64,000 nucleotides of DNA from Desulfobacterales bacterium (GTDB taxonomy: Bacteria; Desulfobacterota; Desulfobacteria; Desulfobacterales; UBA11574). Made by a program: the position numbers and the translations under genes. The stretch spans positions 83 through 64,082 of the forward strand of contig JAWOIY010000183.1 in NCBI GenBank assembly GCA_046484425.1. Reading direction: 5' to 3'. The notes below the pieces were generated by a model, which saw only the letters and a list, made by a program, of their open reading frames with translations, was not told where the DNA came from and ran no database searches. Position 1 is the first letter of the stretch; each line of letters opens with the position of its first letter. This document shows positions 45,709 through 55,195 of the stretch, one piece after another.

Positions 45709-47679
45709 CTAAAAAAGCGGATTTGCCAATCCTCGCTGCAAAGCCCTGAGCCGCTCAAGGTGTGCCTTCAATTTGGGAAACTGATCCATGTCGGTGTGCG
45801 GGAGAAAAAGAGCAGCCACATAATTGTTCATAAAAGACGGGGTCTCCGACAGTTCGAAATTGGTCATCCGCCTGGTAACCTCCACGACATCTTTTCTAAT
45901 GCGGTTGGTCAGACAGCTCATCTTTGCACCCATCAAAGATCCATTACCGATAAACCGAATCCGATCCGGATCAAGTTCCGGCAGCAGTCCGATAACCATC
46001 GCCTTTTCCAAATCCACATAACTTCCAAACCCGCCCGCCAAATAAATGCGGTCAATGTCTTGCATCTTTAGCCCTACTTCCTCGAGAAGGGTTATACTAC
46101 CACTATATATGGCTCCTTTTGCCCGGATGAGATTATCAAGATCCGGTTCTGTGAGCGCAATATCCTTATCGATCTCGGTTTCATGCTTCCATGCAAGCAC
46201 ATACTCGTAAACACCGTCGATTTCACGGATGCGCGGCGTTTTTAGGTCACGGTTGAATTTGCCCCTGTTATCGATAACTCCCATTTCAAACATGGTGGCC
46301 GCAATGATAATAAGTCCGGAACCGCAGATGCCTTTTGGTCTGACATTACCAATGGTGATATTCATCGGCTCAAACGTTATAGGATCCATAGAAAAATCCT
46401 CAATTGCCCCCTTGCCGGCCCGCATTCCAAACTTAACCCCGCCGCCTTCAAATGCCGGCCCTGCGGAACATGAGGCACAGGCCAGCCAATCTTTATTGCC
46501 GATGACGATCTCTGCATTGGTTCCGATATCCATCAACAGCGTCAGTTTTTCGGTGCGGTACATTCCCGATCCCATGACCCCGGCCACAATATCACCACCA
46601 ACGTAACTCGAAATCGCCGGATATACTAAGGCCGTTACATGGTCTCCCAGGGCAAGACCCAGATCAACGGCCTTAATGGGCGGATAAAATGTCGAAGCAG
46701 GGACATATGGCGATAGCCTTATATACTTGGGATTAACCTTCAGCAAAAGCTGTGTCATGGTTGTATTGCCAGCCATGGTAATCGTGGAGATTTCATCCGG
46801 ATCGATCCGCGCCTTTCTGACCATTTTCTTTATTAATTTGTTGATGGTTGCAATAACCACGTCATGAAGCTTCTCAAGGCCACCCGGTTTACCCGCATAA
46901 ATAATTCTGCTGATGACATCTTCGCCATAACTGATCTGCCCATTGTAATCACCAAACTGGGCCAGCGCGTCACCGGTTATGAGATCGACTAACTGCCCGT
47001 ATATCGTTGTTGTACCGACATCCACGGCTATGGCATAGTTCCGATCGGTGGTATCCCCGGTCTGAACATGTATGATATTCGTTTTTCTTCCGGAGTGGAC
47101 CGGTCTTGCAAGTGTTGCCGTTACCTTGAAATGATCTTTTCTTAAAATATCAGAAATTTTTTGGATTACCGGAAGTTGGACCACCAGACGATGCTCATTA
47201 TACTTCGCTTTTAAAAAAGAAATCAGTCGTGTTACATCTGAAAGGTTATCCTGAAGAGTCGGCTCAGGAAGTTCGAGATATTTCTTTTCCACCGGAGGCA
47301 TGAAAAGGCCTTTATCTTTTAATTCTTCGAGATTCATCTCCCAGATATGGGCTGTTCTCCGTGGCGTTTTTTGTAAGTTGAGCAAACCGGCATCAACTTC
47401 CGAATCGACGGGAATTCGCACGACAAGATCACCAACAACATCGGACAGACAAGCCTGCCGGTACCCTTTTTCAATGTCTTCACTATCCAATTTTTCCGTT
47501 ATGCCGCCCTTAACTCTCCCATCTTCGATAATAACGCGGCACTTCCCGCAAACACCTTCCCCACCACAGGATGCATTAATATGAACCCCGGCTTCCATTG
47601 CGGCACGAATCAGCTTTTCTCCATGCTCAACCGTAATCTTTTTATTGTGCGGCAAAAATAATATATGATGTCTTTTCAT
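45709..47679 (-). CDS. [2Fe-2S] ferredoxin-ASKHA ATPase fusion (RACo-like corrinoid reductive activator family, DUF4445)
   Basis: N-terminal plant-type ferredoxin CGGEGVCGKCRV. C-terminal actin/sugar-kinase-like domain (AVDVGTTT, DIGTNAE, GGFG). Confidence 0.8.
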   Translation of the reverse strand: MKRHHILFLPHNKKITVEHGEKLIRAAMEAGVHINASCGGEGVCGKCRVIIEDGRVKGGITEKLDSEDIEKGYRQACLSDVVGDLVVRIPVDSEVDAGLLNLQKTPRRTAHIWEMNLEELKDKGLFMPPVEKKYLELPEPTLQDNLSDVTRLISFLKAKYNEHRLVVQLPVIQKISDILRKDHFKVTATLARPVHSGRKTNIIHVQTGDTTDRNYAIAVDVGTTTIYGQLVDLITGDALAQFGDYNGQISYGEDVISRIIYAGKPGGLEKLHDVVIATINKLIKKMVRKARIDPDEISTITMAGNTTMTQLLLKVNPKYIRLSPYVPASTFYPPIKAVDLGLALGDHVTALVYPAISSYVGGDIVAGVMGSGMYRTEKLTLLMDIGTNAEIVIGNKDWLACASCSAGPAFEGGGVKFGMRAGKGAIEDFSMDPITFEPMNITIGNVRPKGICGSGLIIIAATMFEMGVIDNRGKFNRDLKTPRIREIDGVYEYVLAWKHETEIDKDIALTEPDLDNLIRAKGAIYSGSITLLEEVGLKMQDIDRIYLAGGFGSYVDLEKAMVIGLLPELDPDRIRFIGNGSLMGAKMSCLTNRIRKDVVEVTRRMTNFELSETPSFMNNYVAALFLPHTDMDQFPKLKAHLERLRALQRGLANPLF

Positions 47680-47733
47680 TTCCTATGAGGCCCACCTTCT
47701 ATGAATATGCGTATTACATAAGACCAAGAAATT

Positions 47734-48201
47734 TTAGATCTTCTCCATCGCCCCGTATGCGGCCTGTATTCTATCCCGGAGTAAAAAGCAGAGTCTTTCC
47801 ATCAGATTAAATCCGAGTTCTGTGTTGCCGATCATTATCCTCCTTAAATCGGCGCCTTTTATGGCGACAACCTTTGTCGGTTTTTGACAGACCGCCGAAG
47901 ACATAAGGATATGGGGCAAATCTAAAAGTGTTGACCAACAACCCAAAACCCTGCCTCGTCCAAGGATCTCGATGACAACATTGCCTTTGTGCTTTCCCAG
48001 ATCCACGGCTCTTTCCAGATATATTTGGCCTTCAACAATAATATAAATATGCTCTCCGTAATCTCCTTGTCGAAAAACGTATTCACCGTTTTGATATGTC
48101 ATCATCTGACCGAGTTTTGAGATTTCAGACAATTCACGTGCTTGAAGCAACTCGAAAAACTCACAACTTCTCAAGGTATGTTCCATCTCCATACGGTTCA
48201 T
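47734..48201 (-). CDS. stand-alone cyclic-nucleotide-binding domain protein
   Basis: 155 aa, cNMP-binding beta-barrel pattern (FRQGDYGEHIYIIVEGQIYLER...). No DNA-binding domain. Confidence 0.7.
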   Translation of the reverse strand: MNRMEMEHTLRSCEFFELLQARELSEISKLGQMMTYQNGEYVFRQGDYGEHIYIIVEGQIYLERAVDLGKHKGNVVIEILGRGRVLGCWSTLLDLPHILMSSAVCQKPTKVVAIKGADLRRIMIGNTELGFNLMERLCFLLRDRIQAAYGAMEKI

Positions 48202-48281
48202 CTAACACCTCTTTCACATTTCATCCAACCGAAAAAAGGGGTTTCCCGGTATTATTCGGTAAAAAAATGTATTGGAAAGGG

Positions 48282-48836
48282 TTAAGAAATACCTGTACGA
48301 TCCTTAATTTTTATAGAACGGGTAAGGTCGAAATGTTCGATTAAAAATTCGGCCACTTTTTTAATTTCCCGGGGAGAAAATACAGGCACGCCAATATCGA
48401 TATCAGAATCGCTGATGAGGGCAAGCAGTTTCTCGTCATTTTTGCATAAAGGTTCAGTTGTGATCTCAGCTCTGAAAATTTCCAGTTTGGGCATGTTGCA
48501 TCGCTTGTATCCTTCGGTTAAAATAATGTCCATGCCGTTGAAAAAGGAGAATAACTCATCCGGTTTGTGATCATAGTCCACATCTTTTACCATTCCGATT
48601 TGATAAGGAGATGAAATAACGGTGGTCGATGCGCCGGCATGTTTATGACGCCAGCTGTCTTTACCGGGTTTGTCCAATTCAAATCCGTGGACATCGTGTT
48701 TTATGCTGCCGACTTTTAAACCCCGTCCCGTCAGTTCGGGAATTAATTTTTCCAAAAAAGTCGTCTTCCCCGACCCGGAATTACCGATAACGGAAACAAC
48801 CGGCGGAATTGTTTTTTTCTTTAATTTCTTCATCAT
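48282..48836 (-). CDS. mobB: molybdopterin-guanine dinucleotide biosynthesis adaptor MobB
   Basis: P-loop GNSGSGKTT followed by IKH..H motifs; 184 aa. Confidence 0.8.
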   Translation of the reverse strand: MMKKLKKKTIPPVVSVIGNSGSGKTTFLEKLIPELTGRGLKVGSIKHDVHGFELDKPGKDSWRHKHAGASTTVISSPYQIGMVKDVDYDHKPDELFSFFNGMDIILTEGYKRCNMPKLEIFRAEITTEPLCKNDEKLLALISDSDIDIGVPVFSPREIKKVAEFLIEHFDLTRSIKIKDRTGIS

Positions 48837-48872
48837 ATTAATTTCAAAAAAACCATCCTTTCTTCCCGTTTT

Positions 48873-49202
48873 TTATTTATAAATGTCAATGAATATTTTA
48901 TCATCAGCCAACATGCATTTTTTCTTCAACAATCTGTATTTTTTTAACAAATCTTTCCCTTCTTTTGTCAAACGGCTTCCTGTTTTTCTGTCCGTATGAA
49001 CAATCTTGGTGTTCAGGTGTTTTTCCGTGTACTTAATTTTGCTCCAAACCGCCTTGTACGACATTTTCATCATCTTTGCGGCCTGATTAATAGATCCCGT
49101 ATTTTCAACGTGTTCCAGAATCTCCATTCTCCCCTCGCCGATGATGATATTATCGTTTTCATCGACAATCCAATGACTTGATCTTAATTTTAATTCTACC
49201 AT
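48873..49202 (-). CDS. ModE N-terminal-domain-like winged-helix regulator
   Basis: GSINQAAKMMKMSYKAVWSKIKYTE...GSRLTKEGKDLL parallels the ModE N-terminal HTH (GSISQGAK..GISYKSAW). It lacks Mop/TOBE domains. Start is taken at ATG 49202, and the ORF extends to 49247. Confidence 0.7.
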   Translation of the reverse strand: MVELKLRSSHWIVDENDNIIIGEGRMEILEHVENTGSINQAAKMMKMSYKAVWSKIKYTEKHLNTKIVHTDRKTGSRLTKEGKDLLKKYRLLKKKCMLADDKIFIDIYK

Positions 49203-49773
49203 GTTTCCTTGTCGAACAACCTGAAATCCGAAACAATATCGTTTCACAAAGGCAATGAAACGGATATCTCATCTTTTATCGCAAAAACGGTGCGTATAAT
49301 AAATAGCAGATTAATTTTAAATCTGCATTTGTTTCCTTAATGTAAGGCTTCTTTTTAAATATACGAGATTCTAATACGCTTAGCACAAAATCCGCAATTT
49401 TTAAACCGGCATCAGCAAGTGTCAATCTTGTTACAAGTGTCGGGCTTGGCCTTTCCGGTTTCATCCTTCGAAGCAGGTCCGAATAGGGGCATAAACATTT
49501 CGGGTCTCTGGAGTTTGGATGCTGAATGCCAGAAATTTTTACGATTTACAAAAGAATCCGTCATTGATATTAATTTGATGATGTGTGCAACTGCAAGTAC
49601 AAAAAGGATTCATGCCGTCAATGACACTCGAAACAAAAAATACCGATGCGCTTTCTCTCACATGTAAATTATTAGGTTTCAATGCAATCAATCCCCCGGG
49701 TCATGAGCATGATTGTGCAAAATATGTTGGAGGTGCATCTGAATATGCCTTGAAAACGAAGCTTTTTATCTTA

Positions 49774-50715
49774 ATGTCATTGGGTCTCAGTCTGTTATCC
49801 GCAATATTTCTTGCCGGTTGTTTTGTGGATAACCAGAGTGCACCCAAAGTGCAAAATCATGTAAAAGGCTTTAATGATTCGCCGGCCATACGGACGGATG
49901 ATGATTTCGTTTGCTGGTTTAACGCCGAGACCTCGGATAAAAAAACCGGGGTGGCATTGGTCATTCATGGGCTCAATCTGCGGCCCGGCAAAATGGAATC
50001 GATTATTTCTTTGCTGGCGCATTACGGAATGGACGTTTTAAATGTATCCTTGCGCGGACATGGACAAAACTTCACCCAAAAAGAGGGGGTGGATATCCGT
50101 AGCGCCCGGATGGACGCCTTTAAAACCGTATCTTATCAATTATGGATCGATGAAACACATCGTGCCTATCGTCTTGCGAAAAAAAGAAGTGATGAAAAGA
50201 ATGTCCCATTGTTTTTTATAGGCTTTTCAATGGGCGGATTAATGGGTGCCGACCTGTTTGCATCCTATCCGGATGTCTGTTTTGATAAGATGGTGCTCTT
50301 TGCACCCGCATTTAAATTACATGGAATCACTTATTTTGGAAAACTGCTGTCTCCATTCCCGCGGCTGGTTATTCCGACATTAGCTTCAACGTCTTATCTC
50401 ACGAACAGCGGGACACCCATGGCGGCCTATAATGCGCTGTTCGAGGCCGTCCGACATTTTAACAAAAATATACACCGAAAACTGAATATTCCAACCATCA
50501 TCCTTATCGACAAAAAGGACGAATTGGTTTCGTACCAGGGGTTAAGGCGCATGGTTGAAAAAGAAAATTTGGACCAATGGAAATTTCACCTTATCCAAAA
50601 AGGACAAATCGACGTCAAGGAAAAAATGAACCATCTTATCATCGATGAACCGTCGGTCGGAAAAGACATCTGGAATGAAATTCAGACCATCATAATAAAG
50701 CATTTACTGCTTTAA
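49774..50715 (+). CDS. alpha/beta hydrolase, probable lipoprotein
   Basis: Nucleophile elbow GFSMGG. ATG 49774 gives the signal peptide MSLGLSLLSAIFLAGC (lipobox). The ORF is open from 49585, so the start is uncertain. Confidence 0.7.
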   Translation: MSLGLSLLSAIFLAGCFVDNQSAPKVQNHVKGFNDSPAIRTDDDFVCWFNAETSDKKTGVALVIHGLNLRPGKMESIISLLAHYGMDVLNVSLRGHGQNFTQKEGVDIRSARMDAFKTVSYQLWIDETHRAYRLAKKRSDEKNVPLFFIGFSMGGLMGADLFASYPDVCFDKMVLFAPAFKLHGITYFGKLLSPFPRLVIPTLASTSYLTNSGTPMAAYNALFEAVRHFNKNIHRKLNIPTIILIDKKDELVSYQGLRRMVEKENLDQWKFHLIQKGQIDVKEKMNHLIIDEPSVGKDIWNEIQTIIIKHLLL

Positions 50716-50809
50716 TTCGCTATTACAGGCTGTTTTTCAAAAAAAAGCAATACCACACTAGGAGCGTATTTTAGCGAGCGAACACTCAATTCTATCACAC
50801 GAATACATC

Positions 50810-51862
50810 ATGGCTTTCAAATCGATCTGGATTCAAATTGTCCTTTACATTCTTTTCGCAGGCGTATTGGTGGGCTGTGAATCGGTACGTTATTACAATC
50901 AGCTGATATCCGGCCAAATGACGATTCTGAATAAAAAGCAACCCATCAAGCAGGTACTTCTCGAACCCCATATTCCTTCAAAGCTGAAAGAACAACTCGG
51001 GCTTGTCTTAGAGATTCGGGAATTTGCGAAGAATGACCTTTTCCTGCCGGTTGATGATCACTACCTCAACTTCGTAGATCTCGAGCGTCCTTTTGTCCTT
51101 TGGAGTGTTTATGCAACACCGGAGTTCTCTTTAACACCCAAGACATGGTGCTATCCTATTGTCGGCTGTGTGTCGTATCGCGGCTATTTCTCCGAGGAGA
51201 ATGCTCATGCTTTTGAAGCAAAACTGAAGCAACAGGGATATGATGTTTTTGTTGGCGGCGTTGCTGCCTATTCAACATTGGGGTGGTTTGATGATCCGGT
51301 TTTAAACACATTCGTATATCGCAACGAGATTAAACTCGCAGCATTGATCTTTCATGAAGTGGCCCATCAACTTCTGTATGTAAAAAACGACACAACCTTC
51401 AATGAAAGTTTTGCCACCGCCGTCGCGCAGGAAGGCCTGCGTCGCTGGCTGCAAACAAAAAACGATATTCGTGATTTCAGTGATTATCAAACGGATTTTC
51501 AGCGCCATCAAGAATTTATTCAGTTGGTTATGAAATATCGAAAACAGCTTGAATTGCTCTACGCTCAGGATTTATCCATATCGAATATGAGGAAGGCCAA
51601 GTCCGTGATCTATAACGACCTAAGCGATGAATACAGACGATTGAAACAGCAATGGAATGGATTCTCAGGTTATGACAGATGGTTCAGCAACGCGTTAAAC
51701 AATGCCAAATTGATATCTGTGGCTACCTATTATGATCTTGTACCGGCATTTTTAAAACTTTTGCAAAACAACCGATATGACCTTAAACAGTTCTACACCA
51801 ACTGTCAAAATCTGGCGAAAAAAACTGAAAAAGAACGGCGTATTTATCTCGAGCAATTCTGA
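50810..51862 (+). CDS. predicted zinc aminopeptidase (COG4324-type)
   Basis: Signal/lipobox LVGC and zinc motif HEVAHQ in IFHEVAHQLLY; 350 aa. Confidence 0.7.
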   Translation: MAFKSIWIQIVLYILFAGVLVGCESVRYYNQLISGQMTILNKKQPIKQVLLEPHIPSKLKEQLGLVLEIREFAKNDLFLPVDDHYLNFVDLERPFVLWSVYATPEFSLTPKTWCYPIVGCVSYRGYFSEENAHAFEAKLKQQGYDVFVGGVAAYSTLGWFDDPVLNTFVYRNEIKLAALIFHEVAHQLLYVKNDTTFNESFATAVAQEGLRRWLQTKNDIRDFSDYQTDFQRHQEFIQLVMKYRKQLELLYAQDLSISNMRKAKSVIYNDLSDEYRRLKQQWNGFSGYDRWFSNALNNAKLISVATYYDLVPAFLKLLQNNRYDLKQFYTNCQNLAKKTEKERRIYLEQF

Positions 51863-51917
51863 AGTTGGACCGCTCGATTCAATCCCACTAAATTCAGCGA
51901 AAACAACGGGTGAATCA

Positions 51918-52712
51918 ATGAAGCAGGCACATCGCCTGATTTTATTCACTTCGATCATCTTTGCTTTGGCGTTTTCAAGCGCTTCCTGCATGAACAATTA
52001 CCAGAAGACAGGGAATGTTGTCCTTACCGGCTTGAAGGCACCGGTGACCATCCTGCGAGATGAAAAAGGAATGGGGTATATCCGGGCAGACCAAATGGAT
52101 GATGCTATTATGGCCCAAGGGTTCCATACCGCTCAGGACCGACTGTTTCAAATGGAACTTAATCGCCGTATGGCAACCGGTCAAATCTCCGAAGTGCTGG
52201 GAGAAACCGGCAAAGAATCAGACATTAAAATGAGGCCCCTCGGTTTTTATCGTCATGCGAAAAAACACGCAGGATTTCTCGACCAACAGAGCCAAAGGTT
52301 CATTCAACGCTATATCGACGGAGTCAATGCTTATATTGGTGCGCATTCAAAAGAGCATCCCCTCGAATTCAAACTGATGGGTATTCAACCTCGACCCTGG
52401 AATATTTCAGACTCCCTTGCCATTATGTACTATATGGGTTGGGCCACTTCTGCAAATTTAAATGCAGAAGTCGTTGCACAAATGCTGATAGAAAAATTAG
52501 GTGAAGAATCCGCCAAAAAGATATTCCCCCTGAATATAAACCCGGATGACCCGTCTCAAGAAACACATGAATTTATACCCATACGGAAGGAGTCTGCTTC
52601 CATATATCTTGCTTCAGATGAAAGATTGATGTCGTTTTTAACAGATCCTGAATTATTTGATCAGGCCATTAAAAACCATTCGAAGGATACACTCGAGTTG
52701 CTTCCATCTTGA
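51918..52712 (+). pseudogene. penicillin acylase family, N-terminal (alpha-subunit) fragment only
   Basis: MKQAHRLILF... signal, then ILRDEKGMGYIRADQMDDAIMAQGFHTAQDRLFQMELNRR, typical of Ntn penicillin/AHL acylases. The ORF ends after ~264 aa whereas the family is ~750-800 aa. No continuation in any frame before 52873. Confidence 0.6.
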
Positions 52713-52872
52713 GAAATAACAGTTCAATCTTATTCTTTTCATGATCGTTCAAATGAATTTTCATAGGTGCAACAGCCCGTCTTAAATTGACTCATCCAAT
52801 TAAATAGAGTAAGGTTTTATTCAAATGAATTTCGTTTAAATCGGCTTATCGATTTTTAAGGAGAACGAACAG

Positions 52873-53331
52873 ATGAATGAAAAAAAAGACTGGAAAAAGC
52901 CGGTTGCAATTGTCCTGCTCATCGTACTGCTTGGGGGATACTATGAAGGTTTGAGTGTGGAAATGAAGACCATGGCATTACCGCTGGCGATTTTTTTTGC
53001 GGCAGGCATTCTTATTGCTCGCTTAAAAAAACTCGAATATGAAATGACGACATCCAGATTGAACGCACGGGAAGCCGTCGTTCAATCCTTAATACTTATA
53101 GACCAAAAAGGAAATGAGCGTATTTCAATTTCAACCGACCCCGAAAAACAGTTGATGACGTTTTTCGATTCCGATCATATTCCCCGTGTCACTTTAAATA
53201 TATTGAACAATGCACCGGTTCTGAAACTTGTTGGAAACAAAGGTGATGTAACCATCGAATTCGATGAAGACGGCCTGCCGCATTTAAACCTGAAAGATGA
53301 AGCAGGTTCGGTCCTGTGGTCCGCTGTCTAA
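52873..53331 (+). CDS. hypothetical membrane-anchored protein
   Basis: GGAG RBS and two N-terminal hydrophobic segments; no recognised motif. Confidence 0.5.
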   Translation: MNEKKDWKKPVAIVLLIVLLGGYYEGLSVEMKTMALPLAIFFAAGILIARLKKLEYEMTTSRLNAREAVVQSLILIDQKGNERISISTDPEKQLMTFFDSDHIPRVTLNILNNAPVLKLVGNKGDVTIEFDEDGLPHLNLKDEAGSVLWSAV

Positions 53332-53391
53332 ACACAAAATTTTGGTTTTTTCGACATTCCTAAAGCGCGAAAACAAAAAAGGGGAGACCAT

Positions 53392-53904
53392 ATGAATATG
53401 GACATATTTGAGGAAATGGACGCATCGGATCTGAAAAAATACTTGAAATTTCTGCTGTGGCACTACCGGGTTGTTGATGCCTTCTGGTTTATCTATCTGG
53501 GCGAACAGTTTGACCAGCAGACCGCCGAGAACATCAATGAAAAGGTCTGGGACCGTGTATCGGCAATGGCGGCAACGAATCTGGTGGAACGATTCCAGAT
53601 TCGGGAAAAAGGTCTCAAAGGCTTTGTCAAGGCCCAGAAACTCTTTCCCTGGTGCATCCTGGTGGGATATCATATTCAGGAATCCGACAATGAAGTCATT
53701 ATTTCCGTTCCCTCCTGCCCGACCCAGGAAGCCAGATTAAAACGGGGTTTGGGTGAATATGTCTGTAAGGAAATGCACCGCAGAGAATTTACCAGTTTCG
53801 CCCAAGCTGTTGATGAACGTATCCGGGTTGAATGTCTTTTTGCACCTCCGGATCCACATCCCGAAGATATGTTCTGTCAGTGGCGCTTTTATCTTGAACC
53901 GTAA
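53392..53904 (+). CDS. conserved hypothetical cytosolic protein
   Basis: GGGGAG RBS; 170 aa with CPTQ and several Cys. Family not confidently recognised. Confidence 0.5.
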   Translation: MNMDIFEEMDASDLKKYLKFLLWHYRVVDAFWFIYLGEQFDQQTAENINEKVWDRVSAMAATNLVERFQIREKGLKGFVKAQKLFPWCILVGYHIQESDNEVIISVPSCPTQEARLKRGLGEYVCKEMHRREFTSFAQAVDERIRVECLFAPPDPHPEDMFCQWRFYLEP

Positions 53905-53968
53905 GAAACGACCTCTGCCAATTATATTAAGTCATATAATCTGATTTTGTAACCCGAAAGGAGGCACC

Positions 53969-54283
53969 ATGTATTTACCCAGGACCTACGAAGATTTTAT
54001 CAAAAAGTTTCCGAACGTTTTTGAGGATTATCAGCAATTGGGCAAGTCATGCCGGAAAACTGGTCCCCTGGATGAAAAATATCAGGATCTCATTAAGCTC
54101 GGTATTGCCATCGGCGCCAATTCCAGGGGCGCCGTTATGTCTTCCACCCGAAAGGCGCTGGCCGCAGGTGCCACTTCCGAGGAAATTATCCATTCAGTTC
54201 TATTGTCGTTAACCACCACGGGATTTCCAAACATGATTGCTGCATTGGGATGGGTCAATGAAGTTCTTGAAAAGCATCTTTAG
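53969..54283 (+). CDS. carboxymuconolactone decarboxylase (AhpD-like) family protein
   Basis: 104 aa with GGAGG RBS. The pattern LD.KY..LI.LGIAIG.......M.S....AL.AGAT.EEI fits the CMD family. Confidence 0.7.
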   Translation: MYLPRTYEDFIKKFPNVFEDYQQLGKSCRKTGPLDEKYQDLIKLGIAIGANSRGAVMSSTRKALAAGATSEEIIHSVLLSLTTTGFPNMIAALGWVNEVLEKHL

Positions 54284-54325
54284 AAATATTGATTTGAATT
54301 TGTTCTGAAAATTGAGCGATACCGC

Positions 54326-55012
54326 TTACTGTAGTTTTCCGTATTCTGCCAGATTTTCCAGTCCGCTCTGATCCAGAAGCTTTATGTCCCGGCCGCTGGT
54401 ATCGATCAGATGCTCTTTGTTCATTTTCGCCAGAATTCTTGACAGGGTTTCAGGGATTGTACCCAGAAGGCTGGCCAGTTGTCCCTTTGAAATGTTTAAT
54501 GTAACAATATCGGTTTGACCCTGTTCTTTACTCAAATACAAAAGATATGACGCGAGGCGGCCCGGCACTCCTTTCAAGGAAAGATTTTCGATCTGGACGG
54601 TAAATTGGCGAAGGCGCATGGAAAGCATGGCCAACATATTCAGGGAAAGAGAGGGATTCCGGGATATGAGATCAATAAATGCCGTTCTCGGGAAAAAAAG
54701 GAGGTGGCTTTTAAGCAGGGTCTGGGCGTTGGCCGGAAATTTTTTTCCGGCAAAAACCGGAACTTCACCAAACGGATTTCCGGGCCCAAAGATATGAAGA
54801 ATATGTTCTTTTCCCTCGAATGAAACCTTGTAAATTTTAACCCTGCCGTCTGCAACAATATAAAATCCGTTACAGTCGTCTCCTTCTAAAAAAACCGTTA
54901 TACCTTTGTCGTAAAATTTGTCCACCGCAATCTGTCTTACGTCATTCAACTGTCCTTCAGACAAACCGTTGAAAAGAGGAGCCTCTGAGATGATGTGAAG
55001 TATTTTTTTCAT
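54326..55012 (-). CDS. CRP/FNR-family transcription regulator (HcpR-like by context)
   Basis: cNMP-binding-like barrel plus C-terminal HTH (ISKGQLASLLGTIPETLSRIL). Divergent from hcp. Confidence 0.8.
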   Translation of the reverse strand: MKKILHIISEAPLFNGLSEGQLNDVRQIAVDKFYDKGITVFLEGDDCNGFYIVADGRVKIYKVSFEGKEHILHIFGPGNPFGEVPVFAGKKFPANAQTLLKSHLLFFPRTAFIDLISRNPSLSLNMLAMLSMRLRQFTVQIENLSLKGVPGRLASYLLYLSKEQGQTDIVTLNISKGQLASLLGTIPETLSRILAKMNKEHLIDTSGRDIKLLDQSGLENLAEYGKLQ

Positions 55013-55048
55013 AATTTTTTCTTTTTTTATTTAAATTATCACTTTTTT

Positions 55049-55062
55049 TTGACTTAAGTCAA
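55049..55062. promoter_or_regulatory. CRP/FNR-type operator TTGAC-TTAA-GTCAA
   Basis: Perfect 14-bp palindrome in the regulator/hcp divergent region, 37 bp from the regulator ATG and 134 bp from the hcp ATG. Confidence 0.55.
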
Positions 55063-55195
55063 GGCGGTGGATTTATTTATAATGTAATTTTTGAATCAAC
55101 GGTTGGGAAAAAATATACCGATCGAATATAACCCATGTATGAAAAATTTTTACATGCCCAACAATGAATAGATTCAACAAACAAAAAGGAGGCCA

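Noticed and set aside
49248-49584. Molybdenum-cofactor riboswitch or ModE box upstream of the modE-like/mobB genes
   Set aside because: I found only a 7-bp hairpin (GCAGATT/AATCTGC) and a half-site-like CGTATAATAAATA. I could not recognise the conserved Moco-motif elements or a full inverted ModE box.
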